Assembly (NCBI GenBank): GCA_000934665.2 | Contig: KZ538756.1 | Span: forward strand, 1-49,494 | DNA: 49,494 nt | Source of the DNA: Catajapyx aquilonaris | Lineage: Eukaryota | Direction of reading: 5' to 3' | Part shown: positions 11,743-24,882 of the stretch, piece after piece | Position numbering within the stretch: the first letter of the stretch is position 1 | Layout of the letters: every line of letters starts with the position of its first letter | The notes under the pieces: generated by a model | Told to the model about the DNA's origin: nothing | The model's input: only the letters and a program-made list of their open reading frames with translations | Database searches by the model: none | Translations under genes and position numbers: made by a program

Positions 11743-12461
11743 CAGGGCGATCCGTTTGGGTTAGGGATAATTATTTAAAATAGATATCACAATCAACACA
11801 TAAGCCGTACCAAGTTGAAATTCTACGAGTTTGGCGAGGTAAGATGGGACATGCACTGTACGAGTATACGCAGCTAGTGTGCCTGTATTGGCCCTGCATC
11901 GTGACCAAAGTAGCTGGATGTGGCGTAACCTGCTGCACTGACCTTTTTTCTTCTCTGAGGACACAATACGAGCAGGATTTTGACATGTTAAGATCTTCTT
12001 GGTACCACAACTGGACAATAATGTCATTTTCCAGCAAGAGCCCCGCCCCACTATCACTGGAAGTCAAAAAGTTCAACAATAACAATTTCAATGACAATTG
12101 GTATGTCCGTGTGGGCCCTATTCCTTGGCCTGCTAACTCCCTGGATCTCACTCCTCCAGATTTCTTTGTGTGTGGTTTGTGAAGACTATCATCTACGGAA
12201 AACGACCTCAAAACCAGGATAACCTGGAGGTGAAAATTTCTGCAGCGTTCGCACAAATCACTCCGGAAATGTTACAAAACACGTGGCAGGAATTGAGCAC
12301 CGGATATCAACTCTATCGAGTACGCAAATGGGGTCATGTGTAGACCTAGACAAACTCCCATTCATAAAGGTAATCTCTGCCTAATTTGGATCATCAATTC
12401 TGTCTATTACAACACATACCACAGCATTTTAAAATTATCCCTACCCAAACGGATCACCCTA
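11743..12461 (+). mobile_element. Internally deleted Tc1/mariner-superfamily element with both TIRs and a decayed transposase C-terminus
   Basis: TIRs CAGGGCGATCCGTTTGGGTTAGGGATAATT and AATTATCCCTACCCAAACGGATCACCCT, flanked by TA on both sides. Internal translation NVIFQQ..., F.DNW...GPIPWPANSLDLTPPDFFVCG*, then KISAAFAQITPEMLQNTW...GHV, resembles FQQDGAPPH / WPPRSPDLTPLDFFLWG, with frameshifts and stops. Confidence 0.9.
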
Positions 12462-13130
12462 TATAGTATATATGTGTACCACAATCATAATGTCCCCACA
12501 TCAGGTGCCTATAAATGTGCACATGATTACGCAACTACAAGGACAAATAATATAGTACAAGTACAAGGCGCTCTGTGACGTCAGTGATATTATATACGTA
12601 TATACTATACCATAGTAAGCTGTCAAAGTTTAAGATTTTGTAGCTTTGATATGAATAATAAAAATTCTTCTGTTTTTAATATTAATTTATGTTGACGATT
12701 TCCTCGTCCAAATCATTATGTAGTTTTCGTAATGGTTATAAATTTAGCACCGTATATTTGGTTTATGCTGTCCGTAGGCTAATAGCCTATAGGCCTACGT
12801 ATCTTTATAGGAACGTTTAAAACTCACTAGAATGTCAATTTTTTTGTCTTCGGTCCTCGTGATAGTGCATGGATCAGAGACACTTTTTTTATATATTCCA
12901 CTCGCATGTAGGCTATATTGTTTTGGTAAATTATTATAACATCACAAGAGGTGTAAAATCACCCTGACATTTATGTTACAGCAATGCAATGCAATGGTTT
13001 GCTTTCACTAGAATCAGGGTATCTGATGGATATACGAAAAGTAAGTTCGAGAGTAAGTTACTTTGAAGTAATATTATTTGACTTTTATATCTGTAACTGT
13101 AAGTAATCCAGTCCTGTGCCCCCCCCCCCC

Positions 13131-13144
13131 NNNNNNNNNNNNNN
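13131..13144. other. Assembly gap (14 N) next to a poly-C run
   Basis: Run of n characters directly after a C homopolymer. Confidence 1.
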
Positions 13145-16100
13145 TTGCGTAATATCAGTTGGCAATATTCGCTCAAATTCCTGCAGATGTCAGGCAGATC
13201 GAGACAATAGTTTGAAACGGTGCAGAGAGATGGCACAAACATTCGCAGTAACACGGGCTATCTTTTTTTTATTGTTTCTCCCTTATTGATGAAATTACAA
13301 CTGAAAAAAACATTGATAGCATGTATAGACGACCTGAGTTACCCACTCTAATCCCACGCCTCATGACGAAAGTAATCTTTTATGAAGCGCCAGTGTAAAT
13401 GAAAGAATCAATCAGGGAAGCACACGTGCCTTTATTATTGATTATTATGGCATTATCCAGCAGTGACCTTTCAAATCAAGTGCATTTTGCAACACTGTCG
13501 TAAAATCAGCTGTAATGGTGGGCCGGAAAGGTCGATTATTATGCCTATATAAGTATGGGAAGGTGTGCTATATGGTCCCCATCCTATACTCTCCAATAGC
13601 AGCATTATTATGAAATAATCGTTTGATATTATGAAATAATTTACGACATCTCCATTACCTTGCCAATTTAATTGAAAATAAACAGTGTTTCGTAATGATT
13701 TAGCTGGAAATTCCTGGGCACCAGATAATTTTATTAAGGTGCATGTTTTTGGTGTCTGACTGAACCTCGTTACTGAGATAATCGGCTCAAATACCAGATA
13801 GACTATAAAATATTCTGGCAGGTAATTACGAAACACCTTTTATTATTCCCTCCCTATATTAGCCATTCGTGAAGCTATAACTTCAGCTGTCTAATAGCCA
13901 GACGGTGACCTTTAGAAGATGATGACAGGGTGTAAAGTTTCCCACAGGTGAGAAAGTTGTCAGCAATAAATCTGCCCAAGCAGACAAGAGAATTTTGAGC
14001 AGTCTTCACCGCATCATAAACAGTGCTGTCAACTATCAAGACAACGGTCGTTGTGCCAGTTCCATTCTTTTCGATCCATGCACGTAACCCACGTGTAGTG
14101 ACCTGCCGATATGAATATTTGTTACATCCATATCATATCTATTATGCAACAATCTCTTGACCTGTCGATAGCACAAGGACGTAACCAGAGAGGATTGAGA
14201 TTCCTCGAGTGTTGCATTATTGTCCTATACTGGTGGTGCCCTGAGCGGCCTTCGGGTGAACGTTCTTTCTCTCTTTCTCCTCCTCAGCTGGCGTTGGCAG
14301 TTCATATAGATACGGTATCAGGTCCTCCAGTTTTGGTTTTACCGAACAGACCTTCAGTAAGTGCTAGGGCGCCGACGCAGCCCAACACGTGCTACTACAG
14401 CTGCCAACGACAACTCCTGCACCATCCACATTGATGCCAGTGGTGCACAGGACCTCTCAGGGTGCAGTACAGGTATGTTGCATTGTCTTCTCACAGATTT
14501 TGCTGACTTACTTTTCCGGAGGGAGTTGGCCTTGTGTTCATGTTGCGCTACTGTGCTGCTCACGTTTGCAGAAACTTGGCCTGAATTAATCATATTGTTG
14601 TGGTACCCTGGGGCTAGTGAGATTAAAATAGTAATGGATAGCAGTCTTTAGTGCAAGGACATTTTGTGGAAGTCTTGTGAGACACGGATGACGTCTGTAG
14701 AAATAAAGTCATGAATATTTGACAACACCTGCACGGTACAGCTGCATGTAATGAGATTTAGCTCCTAGACTACATAAAGGCCAGACGTACCAAACAAAGG
14801 AAAAAAAGTGAGTACAAGAAAACCATTCTGACATTTTTCCAAAAATTGCGAAAAAATACTTGGCAGCTACTCAATTGTGGGTGCAAATATGTGGTGTATA
14901 CCATACAAACGAGGTGGTTTCATAGTTTCGTAACAAGGCTTTTTGAGTCCAGCTTGAGCCCTCCTTGTGAACGTGGATTTCACAGGGAGCGAGCCAAAAT
15001 TGTCGCAGCAGCTGGTCCTTTTTTGCTGGATGGCCTTTTCTTGTAATCAGTGACGTGTCTTTCTCTGCAGGGATGGTTTTTTTTATGCCGACAAAAGCAT
15101 GTTTTCGTGGATTTTGGTTTGAAGGATGGGGACATTTTGAGGTCGTACGGTTGAACCTTTTGAGGGTCTTATTAATGTGCTAATGAGGGGAGGAAGTGGG
15201 GGAAACGTATTGTTCTATTTCCATATTCATTTGCATATTGAGATTGAAGGGGTTATATAACAGGGATGCTCCTCTTGTATCCCCCCTTTTTTGGGGCAGA
15301 ACAATGACATGCACTCTGAGTGCATGCGATGTGAAAAATTGGGATAGGGCATGTTTTGATTGGTGGTTTGCTAGTTAGGAGGTGGAGCAATTTTTTTTTG
15401 CTATATACATTTGCATATTCGTGAGCACAATATCCACACATTGTAAATAAAACATGGGGTTGCATGTTTTATTGCTTACATACTCAATTCATCGGGACAA
15501 ACATGTTACATCATAGCTGTCACAAAGAGTACTCATGCACTAAGCTGACCTCCCAAATGTCACGGATCAGGTACTGATTACAAGGAAAAAAAAATATGCA
15601 TCTCAATAGGGGAAAAAACGCCGCAAAGCATATCCAGGCACATGCGTACATAGCAAAGTCCAAGTTCCTGAATCGATGATAACGTGGTCATTACCAGGCA
15701 TTATTTGGCCAATATATGATGGCTAATGGTTTTAGAGCAGTTCCTAGCAAAAGGCTGCGTGATATCATACTTCAGATAGTTTAGATAAAGATCACGATAT
15801 TGATCAAAGGTGTTTTTATCTTTATCTAATTTTAAATGCATGCTTGGAGGATATTTAATCTGTGAAGCATGTGAGTGTCCGGGTTGGTGACCTTGCAGTC
15901 ATTTTGTAGCGACGATATGTTTCTTGGACTTGGCAATATTTCAAGCCATCAGCTGACTCTTTTCCCGCGATATTTGCGTGCCAAAATGCGATCTCCTAGC
16001 TCTTCCAACATCTGTCGTCCTGAGTTGTTGCGCACACAACCGGTTGTTGTTGTTGTTGATGTTGATGCTCGGAAACTCTTTCGAGTGATGTTGACGCTCC

Positions 16101-16748
16101 TACATTTTATGATCTATAGACTTGATTTATACTGCATGGTGATGTACATTTTTTATGGATTGCGGCATATTTCGTGCAGTTCCCTGTCAAACATGTTGAA
16201 AGAATATATCAGTCTAAATGTATGAGACAAAGTCAAGTGCACATCAAATAATTGTAAAGATTTGATGATATAGCTATGAGCTTTTGTGGACACGTGGGGC
16301 CTTATCTCACACAAAAAGTCGCTCGACAATTATTTTGAACTGATAAGTTTAGTATGTGTGAAGTCCACATCCTGTTGTTGCTATTGACCTATTTTGCATC
16401 CCAGGTCACATGTATCTGTATAGAGCTGGTTCGGATAATGCAGCGTATATACGCAACCACGTCTATTTCTAGCTGAGCTCCCATTTCTAGTAGCTGAGTA
16501 AAGTAAAACTTTTAAAAAAAGGAAAGTAAGTGTGTCTTAGAAGCCGTTCCACTTGAGGCATGCAGAGTTCTTATTTCGTTTTTTCGCCTTGCACGAGATC
16601 AGACGCCATTTCAGTCAAGTTACCCTACATGCGCAATATGAGTTGGAAAACTCTTGTACATGTCTTTCCACGAATCATATGTGAAACAAGCCTCAAGCCC
16701 GATTTCTTCTGGTGCTATCGGTTACACTGGTGATTACTTCAGTTACAT

Positions 16749-16840
16749 TTGCTCGGAGTTCTCCCGTTTCCTCCCACTACCAAAAACCCACTATACGATT
16801 GCCAGATAGCCCTAGTTGCTTTGCCACAACAAACAAACAA
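16749..16840 (+). mobile_element. 5'-truncated SINE (V-domain-like) with target-site duplication
   Basis: Perfect 13-bp direct repeat ACTTCAGTTACAT at 16736-16748 and 16841-16853. The insert starts with GTTCTCCCGTTTCCTCCCACTACCAAAA, similar to the V-domain of the SINE at 45654-45920, and ends in an (ACAA)n tail. Confidence 0.8.
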
Positions 16841-19800
16841 ACTTCAGTTACATATTAAGCTAATCAGATTTCACTTAGTGGTATAATAAGAAAGTAAAAG
16901 GAAGGCTATAAATTGTTGTGTCGTATAAAACTGAGGGGAAAATGCAGAATAGTACAATGCAAAAACGTAATTCAGACGCGACTTTGTTGCACTGTAATTT
17001 AGAGAAGATATACTGTATCCAATATATTTTCTCGGAGATAAAGCTAAAACTCAGTTTGCATGAACATTGGAAAAGGTTAATGTGAAACTTCCCCAGCGAA
17101 CTGCAGGGCCGTAACTAGGTGAAAGTACTGTATAGAGCACGAAATACCGCATGCAGTATACTCTGCTGCAGGACATGAAGCAATGTCATTTTCGAAATAC
17201 TTCATTATGTTAATGTATTTTAAAATCCCATATTAAGTTCAGTTTGTAACCCTAACATGAAGTAGGTTTCCATGATGTGCTTAACCCTGAAGGAGCACAG
17301 CAGGTTTACACAAAAGTATGAATCATAATGCTTCAGGCTGTCCTACCTTATACATCATTGTAATCACGTAATGACTGTAATCGTGCACATGTCCGTTCCA
17401 TTCCGGAGAATCTCGGAGGCATATGAGGATATCTGTGTGTGAGTAAACATGCAGCCATTTAGTCCACTGATTTCCCCAAGTCTGAATGAAATACAAATTA
17501 CTAAGCAAGTTATTTATAATCAAAAAGGAAAGATTTGGAAGCCGGATTTGCACCACCTTTTCTTTTCTTATATCGAGCCTTAATAATTTGGCCCATGGGC
17601 CAATTAACAGCCAGCGTGCTTTACGTCACTTCCGCCCCAGGGCAGACATGCACGCAAGAAATAAAGGCGAGAAAAAAAAAGCTAAGAGTCTGAGGCTAGC
17701 TTGCCCTCTTTTTACATGTGGCCAGATCACGCCATTGCCAAATCCATGACAGGCCAGACCAGGAATTAATCAACTTCATCGCCGTTTCGAGCATCACACG
17801 CTTCTTTTATTCACCTGCTGCATGGAAACTGCGGCACATTTTGGCCAACTGCGACGATTATTTTTTTAATTGACAAATTTGGAGGCAATGTGTGGACTAT
17901 TTCAAAAAAGTGTTGAAAACATGGGTTTCTGATGTGTCTAAATTGGGATACGGTTGGTTGAACCACAATGGGTATATTTTGCTGCTGTAAAATAACAGCA
18001 GATCAAATATTTACATTGCATGTTATAGCCACGGTCCAGTGCTCCTTAATGTGCATATGATGCGAATTTTCCACAGTAAAACACATAATGATGCAGACCA
18101 TGCTCTAAGTTTAGACATACAGTCATATAGTTGCGAGCAACTCTATATAAAAATACTAATCTGCATGGAAATTGTCAAAAGTCCGGTATTCATATGAACG
18201 AAAGTTGATGTAGGTAAACAAGATTTTAGTACTACTTGGTTGGTCAGGAAGTTCGTAAATTCCCGTTGCCATCGCCGCATAAGTGCAATTTAGTGGAATG
18301 TTGCGTTGAAGGTCAAAATCGATTGTGTTGGATTGGTTGGTTGGTGCAAAAAGTAAAAAAAAAAATGACCCCCCCCCATGGCCCACCCTTTGGCAAGCCT
18401 ATAATTAATTGCATGCGCCAATGCAACCGTGTAACAACATTTTGATTCGACTGGAAAATTGCCAAGTATTTCAATTAAATTTTCATAGTTAGAGTTTTAA
18501 GACTATTTTCCACTTTGTTTCATTTGAAATAGCGCACCTGCCACGAACTGGGACGATGCATTGTTTTCTTGAAGACAAGGTGCATGTGTCTAGCATTTTT
18601 CACAGTTGCCCGCTGACCTGACCTTATTTATTTCCGTTGCCGGAAATTCCTTAAACCGCACGTTTTGTCCCCCAAGATAATCACGTTTATGTCATTTCCT
18701 GACCACCATTTTTCCGTCATTTGCTCTCAAATTTTTCAGATTTTATCCCTGGTTGAAATGACATTGGGCGGTTTCGTAACGTTATGGTTTTTAGGTTTTA
18801 TTTCGGTGTCTAGAAATTTTTTTTTCTATGCTTTATCAGTGTTTAGCCAACCAGCAAATTAACCTTCGCACATTTGCGGTGATTTCAAAAGAAAGCGCTA
18901 GTGAAAATAAATTTTATATAAATTTTTTTATGAGTCACGGAACACTAATGCAGTTTCCCCCCCTTTTACGACCTCAACTTTATACTGCATCAAACATTTA
19001 AACACCATCTTTAGAGCTCAATCCCTTCAAATAAAACCTGAAATGTCACCCCTACAGTCCAATTTGAGCGTGTTTTCTCCCGTTTTGCAAGTTGTTTTTT
19101 TTCGCCGAACCGGCGCCGATTGATTAATTCACGGAAACAATTATAGGTACTGAGAATAAATATTCGTTCTAAATCCGAATTTAAATCAGTATGAATATCT
19201 GAACAAAATGAAAGTGATGAGTCGGATTTTTTTTTTGATGTGCTTATTTTAGTGAAAGCTGGTACCTTCACTATTGGCAACACGTATGTGAGTATGTGTT
19301 ACTGTGCAGTGATTTCAACGTAAAAAGAAAAAGGGGCGGGGGGGGGTGTCGAGCTGGGGGCGAAAGTGGGGCCTCAGTCATGTTGCGAAAGAGTCCGGAC
19401 CCTCCTCGCTCCAGGTCGTTTGTAGAGCAGGAAAGTCTAGTAGATACAAACAGTTTTGTTGTCAATTTGTGCAGTTGGTAACCATGTGGGAGAGGTTCAT
19501 ACGTAAAAAAAAATTGTGCAAAAAAAAGTCGCACTTCCGCAACACCTTCATGCTCAGTAATGTTTCCGCCCCGTTACGGATCATGTCACATTGTTGTTGT
19601 TGTTTAAATGTTGACTTCCAAGACGATGGCGGCTTGTTGGAAACACTAATGTTGCTGGGATCTATTTTAGTTAATGTCGTAACAACCGGTCCTTTGTTAG
19701 GGTAGGACTTGGTTGGACACTATTACATAAAGTAGCCTGACGTCCCCCGAATGTTAGGTATTGATATATCGTTCAGAATATTGCTTTTTACACATTTTTT

Positions 19801-22800
19801 TTTGGTAGGTGGTAAAATGGAATGAAAATGGGTTATAGTTCCTGGCACGGGCCGTGTTGCCGCAGTTCGCAGCACTGCGGCAAAGTATTTCGGTGGGTGG
19901 GATTTGGGAATGGGGTAGGTACAGTATATGGCGGGGGTGGGTGGTTGGTGATGTGGCTCAAGGGTAGCTTGAAAATGATGTTTTTTGGTAGTAAGATGTA
20001 GAAAATTTTCGGATAGTCCTCGGCCATGACTTGTTATCCGCATGGACGTATGAATAAATCAGCGAGGTTGCGTTACCTAACTGCTTACAATATTGATGTC
20101 GGGGCAAGAAGATTCGTGTTCCGTATTTTTTTGTGTGTGTGAACAGGTGATGGTAGTTCATGCCAAAAGACATGTGATGTTGCAAAAGGTAGTTTGCACA
20201 ATTTTGAAACCGATTGTGCGTTTTTGCAGATCACGTTTTTTTTTCTGGCGGTTCCCACGCATTCTCTTTGCGTCTCATTAACCTAATTTTTTTTAAAGCT
20301 GGACTTACCGTACGAGTCATTGTTGCGCTTATATTTTTAAAGTGCGAGTAACTGTTGCTTTTCCCCCAGTGACTGTTACACTTTTTTTGCATGAGGAGAA
20401 CCGCAACGTGTTTACATTGCATATGTGCTAAATCTTGCTGCATATTTCAGTTGTGTTACGTTTTAAATACGATCCGTTTACAAGTGCATGAGAGGGTAAA
20501 TTATTCAAATGTTATTCTAGCTCGTGTGGTTGCGGTACTTATAAAATATAATGCGAGATTCAAAGTGTAATGCCATTTTTAGATGCACGTGCTGGGGGCT
20601 TGGGGCACAATAATTATTTTCGTAGTTCAGGCCAGGTTCTGGCAGAACTTTTCTAGGAACAGGGCGGTCCCTAATTTCATCACTTTCCCCCGCAGGCATA
20701 CCAGATTTCAAAATAAAAATTGCGAAAAAAAATTATACGCCCAACAGAAATCGTTGGATATTTGCCATAACTTGCCTTAGGGTCTCATTTCTTACGAGCT
20801 AATATAGCAGCGGAAAAAATTGTTGTCCAGGAATATTGTTCAAGGGTTGGGGTTGTAGAACCCAGCAATGCAGGTACCCTTTCCACTGAAAAAAAAAAGT
20901 TGGTTGCAGCTCCTTAGGATGAACGTCCTGACTCAAGGCCATTTCTTGTGGTCGTCTATTCGTCAGCACCTTCTGCAGTTCTGCTTACCTCTTCACATTA
21001 AATTCGCGGATACTACAAAAAAACTGAAATGTAGTCTCAAGCACTCTGTAAATCCCGAATGTGTACTTAATACAGTACTGGCTCTCCTGCGAAATTGTGT
21101 GGCATAAACACATGCTTCGGGGCAACCAAAAATAATCCAGGCTGGTGAGGGAAACTTTGGAAAATATTTACAAGGTGCACATAAGCTCCCACATTTTCAT
21201 TATTTCATAATATGCACTCCAGACACAATATCAATACCAGTGTTCGAGCCAACCTAGCTGGAATTAGTCTGAAGCCAGTCATTAACATAACAATGAGAAC
21301 AATTGCGGGCTGAGTCAATTGGCAATGGATTCACAGAGTCGGGCGTGTCCTATTCAGAATTTGAAAACAAGCAATCATTCTAACCGCAGGGAGTTTTGGT
21401 CGAGGAAATAATCACCCTAAATCGGAGGAATTACGTGATCCTCACAGTCTCCGGACTTGATTTTTCTGGTTAGTAAGTCACGGTATATACCCGCGAATCA
21501 TGCTAGCCTTGATTTTTGCCATATTTTTAGCCACTTTGATGTTAGTAAGCCACCGTTTAGCCCCAATAATTTTCCGCAATTAGAATGCAAATCGAACGCG
21601 CCAAATATCGATGTAGAGGACATTTTTTGTACCCTTCCCCAAAATCGAGTAGGTTCATCCTATAATGCAGAGGACCTTGGTAACGCAATGCGACCAAACC
21701 TTTCCCTCTTTACCTGTTCACGAGCAATCAGCAGGCACAACCGGGGTCAAGGGCACTCTCCGCCCTTCTTTTTTTGTCTATTATTGATGGCACCCATTTC
21801 TTTAGGGAACTTGAGGTTCGAGAGAGGGGGAAAGGGGTGTTCAAATATTTCGATCGGCAGCCTAGTTCATTCCTGACGGTCCCGCACACTCCTCATTACT
21901 CATCCAAACATGACACGAGATATGTCCCCAGTACACGAAGAGTCAAATGCGACTTGGGAATATGGTGTCCCTCAGAAGAATTTCAAAGGAGGACATTCGA
22001 TGTTATTGTGGCAATGAGGCGTGTAATTTGGTTAGCATTATTTATGCGTCGGGACGTTGTTGAAAGGTAGGCCGAAATGGGTCTTAATGTGTTGTGATAT
22101 GTATAACAGGAGAATGTTGCCGTGCCGTGCATTAGAAGTGATGCTATCTTATTGTGCGACCATAATTAATTGGGGCTGGAGTATTGACCTCGTAACGAGC
22201 CAGATCATATCGGACTTTCCCCAAAATTATGCTCGTTATATTTAGGGAAATACTCGTATATTCGTGGTTTGTCATAAAGTGGCAGGGCTGTGGATTTGTG
22301 GGGCTCTTGGGAAAACCTACTGTGCGATAGTGCAAGAAGCAGAAATATTTATCTTATTTTTTATTATGCGAATTTATTACATATATGCGCGTATGCTTGT
22401 TCACTTCGGCCGTGGCTGGCAATATTATGAGTTTTCAGGTACTGGTGTTATATTGCGACGGGCTTATTAATACATACGTCTTCTTACGTATGCACATCGT
22501 GGAGTGCGAATTTTCTCACGATAGGGGAAGTCATTAGGATTTCCATCACGCACGAATAGTAAACTTGGCAGCTCGGAAAGCGATGATGAAAATAATTATC
22601 GTATGTATTTTTATTTTATGAGTAAACTTTGGTACTGTACAAGGGTACGGGGGTTGCCCTACTTACAGCAAAAGAAGCACCAAGTGGCCGTATTATACAT
22701 TGTCATTTAAAATCTAAGCACAATTACAATTTTACGTGAAAAAGTCACTCAGCGTATGTGACACCGACCAACTATACATACTGTATAGGAATAGACCTAC

Positions 22801-24807
22801 TGATGTGTTTGCACGTGCAAATAAAAAGTTGCGTTATGTTTTGAGACAGTGTCAGTAGTGAAGGTTACCATCATAAACAGTAGCCTACAGTACTGTACGG
22901 TGCAATGCACGTAAAAGATTTTTGCAATAGTTCAATGTCGTTGTTTTTACCTCGTAAGTTTGGTGACGCGTGAGGGTCTAGTCGTCGCCTTGGAAAACAA
23001 AAGGTTTTATTTATTTCAAAGAGTCAAATGTGGCCTCAAGTTTACGCTTAATTGTCCAATACACTGAAATGATCTGCGCGCAACAAATTATGTAAGAAAT
23101 GATTTTTTTTTTCTTTAAGTCATACCTCAACTATATTCAAACGAAACTGTCATTCAATTGTTATACTGACGTACAACGAAACTGTCATTCCACTGATCAA
23201 GTTACCCATTAATATTACAGTATACGCATACTACACCCCATGCAGTGCATGTGGCGGTACTGAACAGAAAACTGACGTATATACTCCAATTTGTGAAAGG
23301 TCCGAATGACATCACCATTGTTGTCATTACAAAGCAAGTTACAGTAACAGTGGTAAAATAGGCGATGTCAATGGTCAATCGGACCTTTTAAAAATCGGAG
23401 TACAGAACTCCTGTGCAGTGGCCCATGTTGTACGTCATCTTCGGTTTTTATAGACTTCAATGGCTTATTAAATTGCGCTGTCTCCTCCGCAGATTTCATG
23501 CTTAATACCCCCGTGACGTACACACCTTGTTTTCCCCCGATGTCAAGTTGAAGTCGGGACTATGCAATTTGGGTCCGTTTGCCCCTTGTTTTCGAGAGCG
23601 CCCACGTCACTGTGACGTTCGTCAGCGATGGTGCAATGAGGAAGAAGACTGTCAAAATACTGTCCAGACGCCCAGATTTCACTTATTCACCAGACCGACA
23701 GTAATCGAGACCATATCTCAGACCGCCCATGTTAACAGCCAACCTCATGCAAAAAAATAACTTGCTGTAGGCCCTACTGTACGTATAACCGGGGAATAAA
23801 ATATATGTGCTGGGAACCACCATGTGTCCAGGTTGCTTTATCTTTCTTGCCCATGCACGACAAGACCTATATGTTCGGTGTGCACTTAAAAGGCAGATAT
23901 AAGTGTGACATGTGGTGCTTATTTGTCACCCGCGTGGGGTAGTTAGGTAGGGGCTACACGTTACCCGGGAGACCGTGCTATTTCAGTCATTAACGGCCTC
24001 TTTGTTCAAGTGGAATTAAAATAGACCACGGGGCGTGATGGCGCGTTTTAAGACTCATTTACCGGGCGATACCTTTTTATCACCGAGATATACAAATTAG
24101 GAGTACTATTTCATGCCGAGAGCTATGTTAAAAGTGGCTGACCGTGCTTCAAGTACTTGTCCGCGAGTATATAGGCTACCCAAGGTGGAACCTTTCCTTG
24201 ACGTACACGTCAGCGGCTTTATTGGTTGCGTCTGTCTTGTAAATCATGCGGCCAAAATTTAATTATTTCCGTGTCATTTACACTGCTACACTTTGGTCAA
24301 GTGTAATAAAAGCCGAAATTGGCTGGTGACCTGCAAAAATAGTATGAAATTTTTACATATGGTGGGAATGCCTGTTATATTCTGCTTTAGGATTCTGACT
24401 TACTGAATTATGTACGTATATACCTGCAGACGGATTTAAAAAAAAAGATTGCCTGCCTCATGTTTGCTGGACATTATCTGGTGTAAGATTATCAGGTGAA
24501 ATGAGTCAGGTAACAAACAGTAAGGCTGTGCGGGACATACCGGTATCTTGCTTATGCATTGGTAGCTTATTAGAAATTGCTTGTGATATTTGCATTGGCA
24601 CATCAAGGACTTTGAAATTCACCTGATAGTGTACCGTAAACAATATTGGAGTAGTTTGAGCAATGCAAGTGTGCTGGCTGGGTAGCAAGTGACATTGGGA
24701 TTCCTGAAAGGGCAACCAACTCTGCTAGCTGCTATGACAGACATTGAATATTCTTGGAGTGATTCTTGTTGCAAATATGTCTTATGCGTCATCACGACAA
24801 ACTACCC

Positions 24808-24882
24808 ATATCGTGGGGTGAGAATTACAAGGTTGTTACTACCGTACATAGGATTTTCATTGTAATTCTCACCCCGCGATAT
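24808..24882. repeat. Inverted repeat, 23-bp arms, 29-nt loop
   Basis: ATATCGTGGGGTGAGAATTACAA (24808-24830) vs TTGTAATTCTCACCCCGCGATAT (24860-24882); one mismatch, which is a G-U pair on the + strand. Confidence 0.85.

Noticed and set aside
18900..21700. Several AT-rich stretches resembling old DNA-transposon fragments
   Set aside because: No paired termini or coding remnants could be established by eye.
23140..23190. 16-bp direct repeat AACGAAACTGTCATTC with 35-nt period
   Set aside because: Only two copies; a local duplication or small insertion scar, not an array. No CRISPR-like structure was seen in this eukaryotic window.
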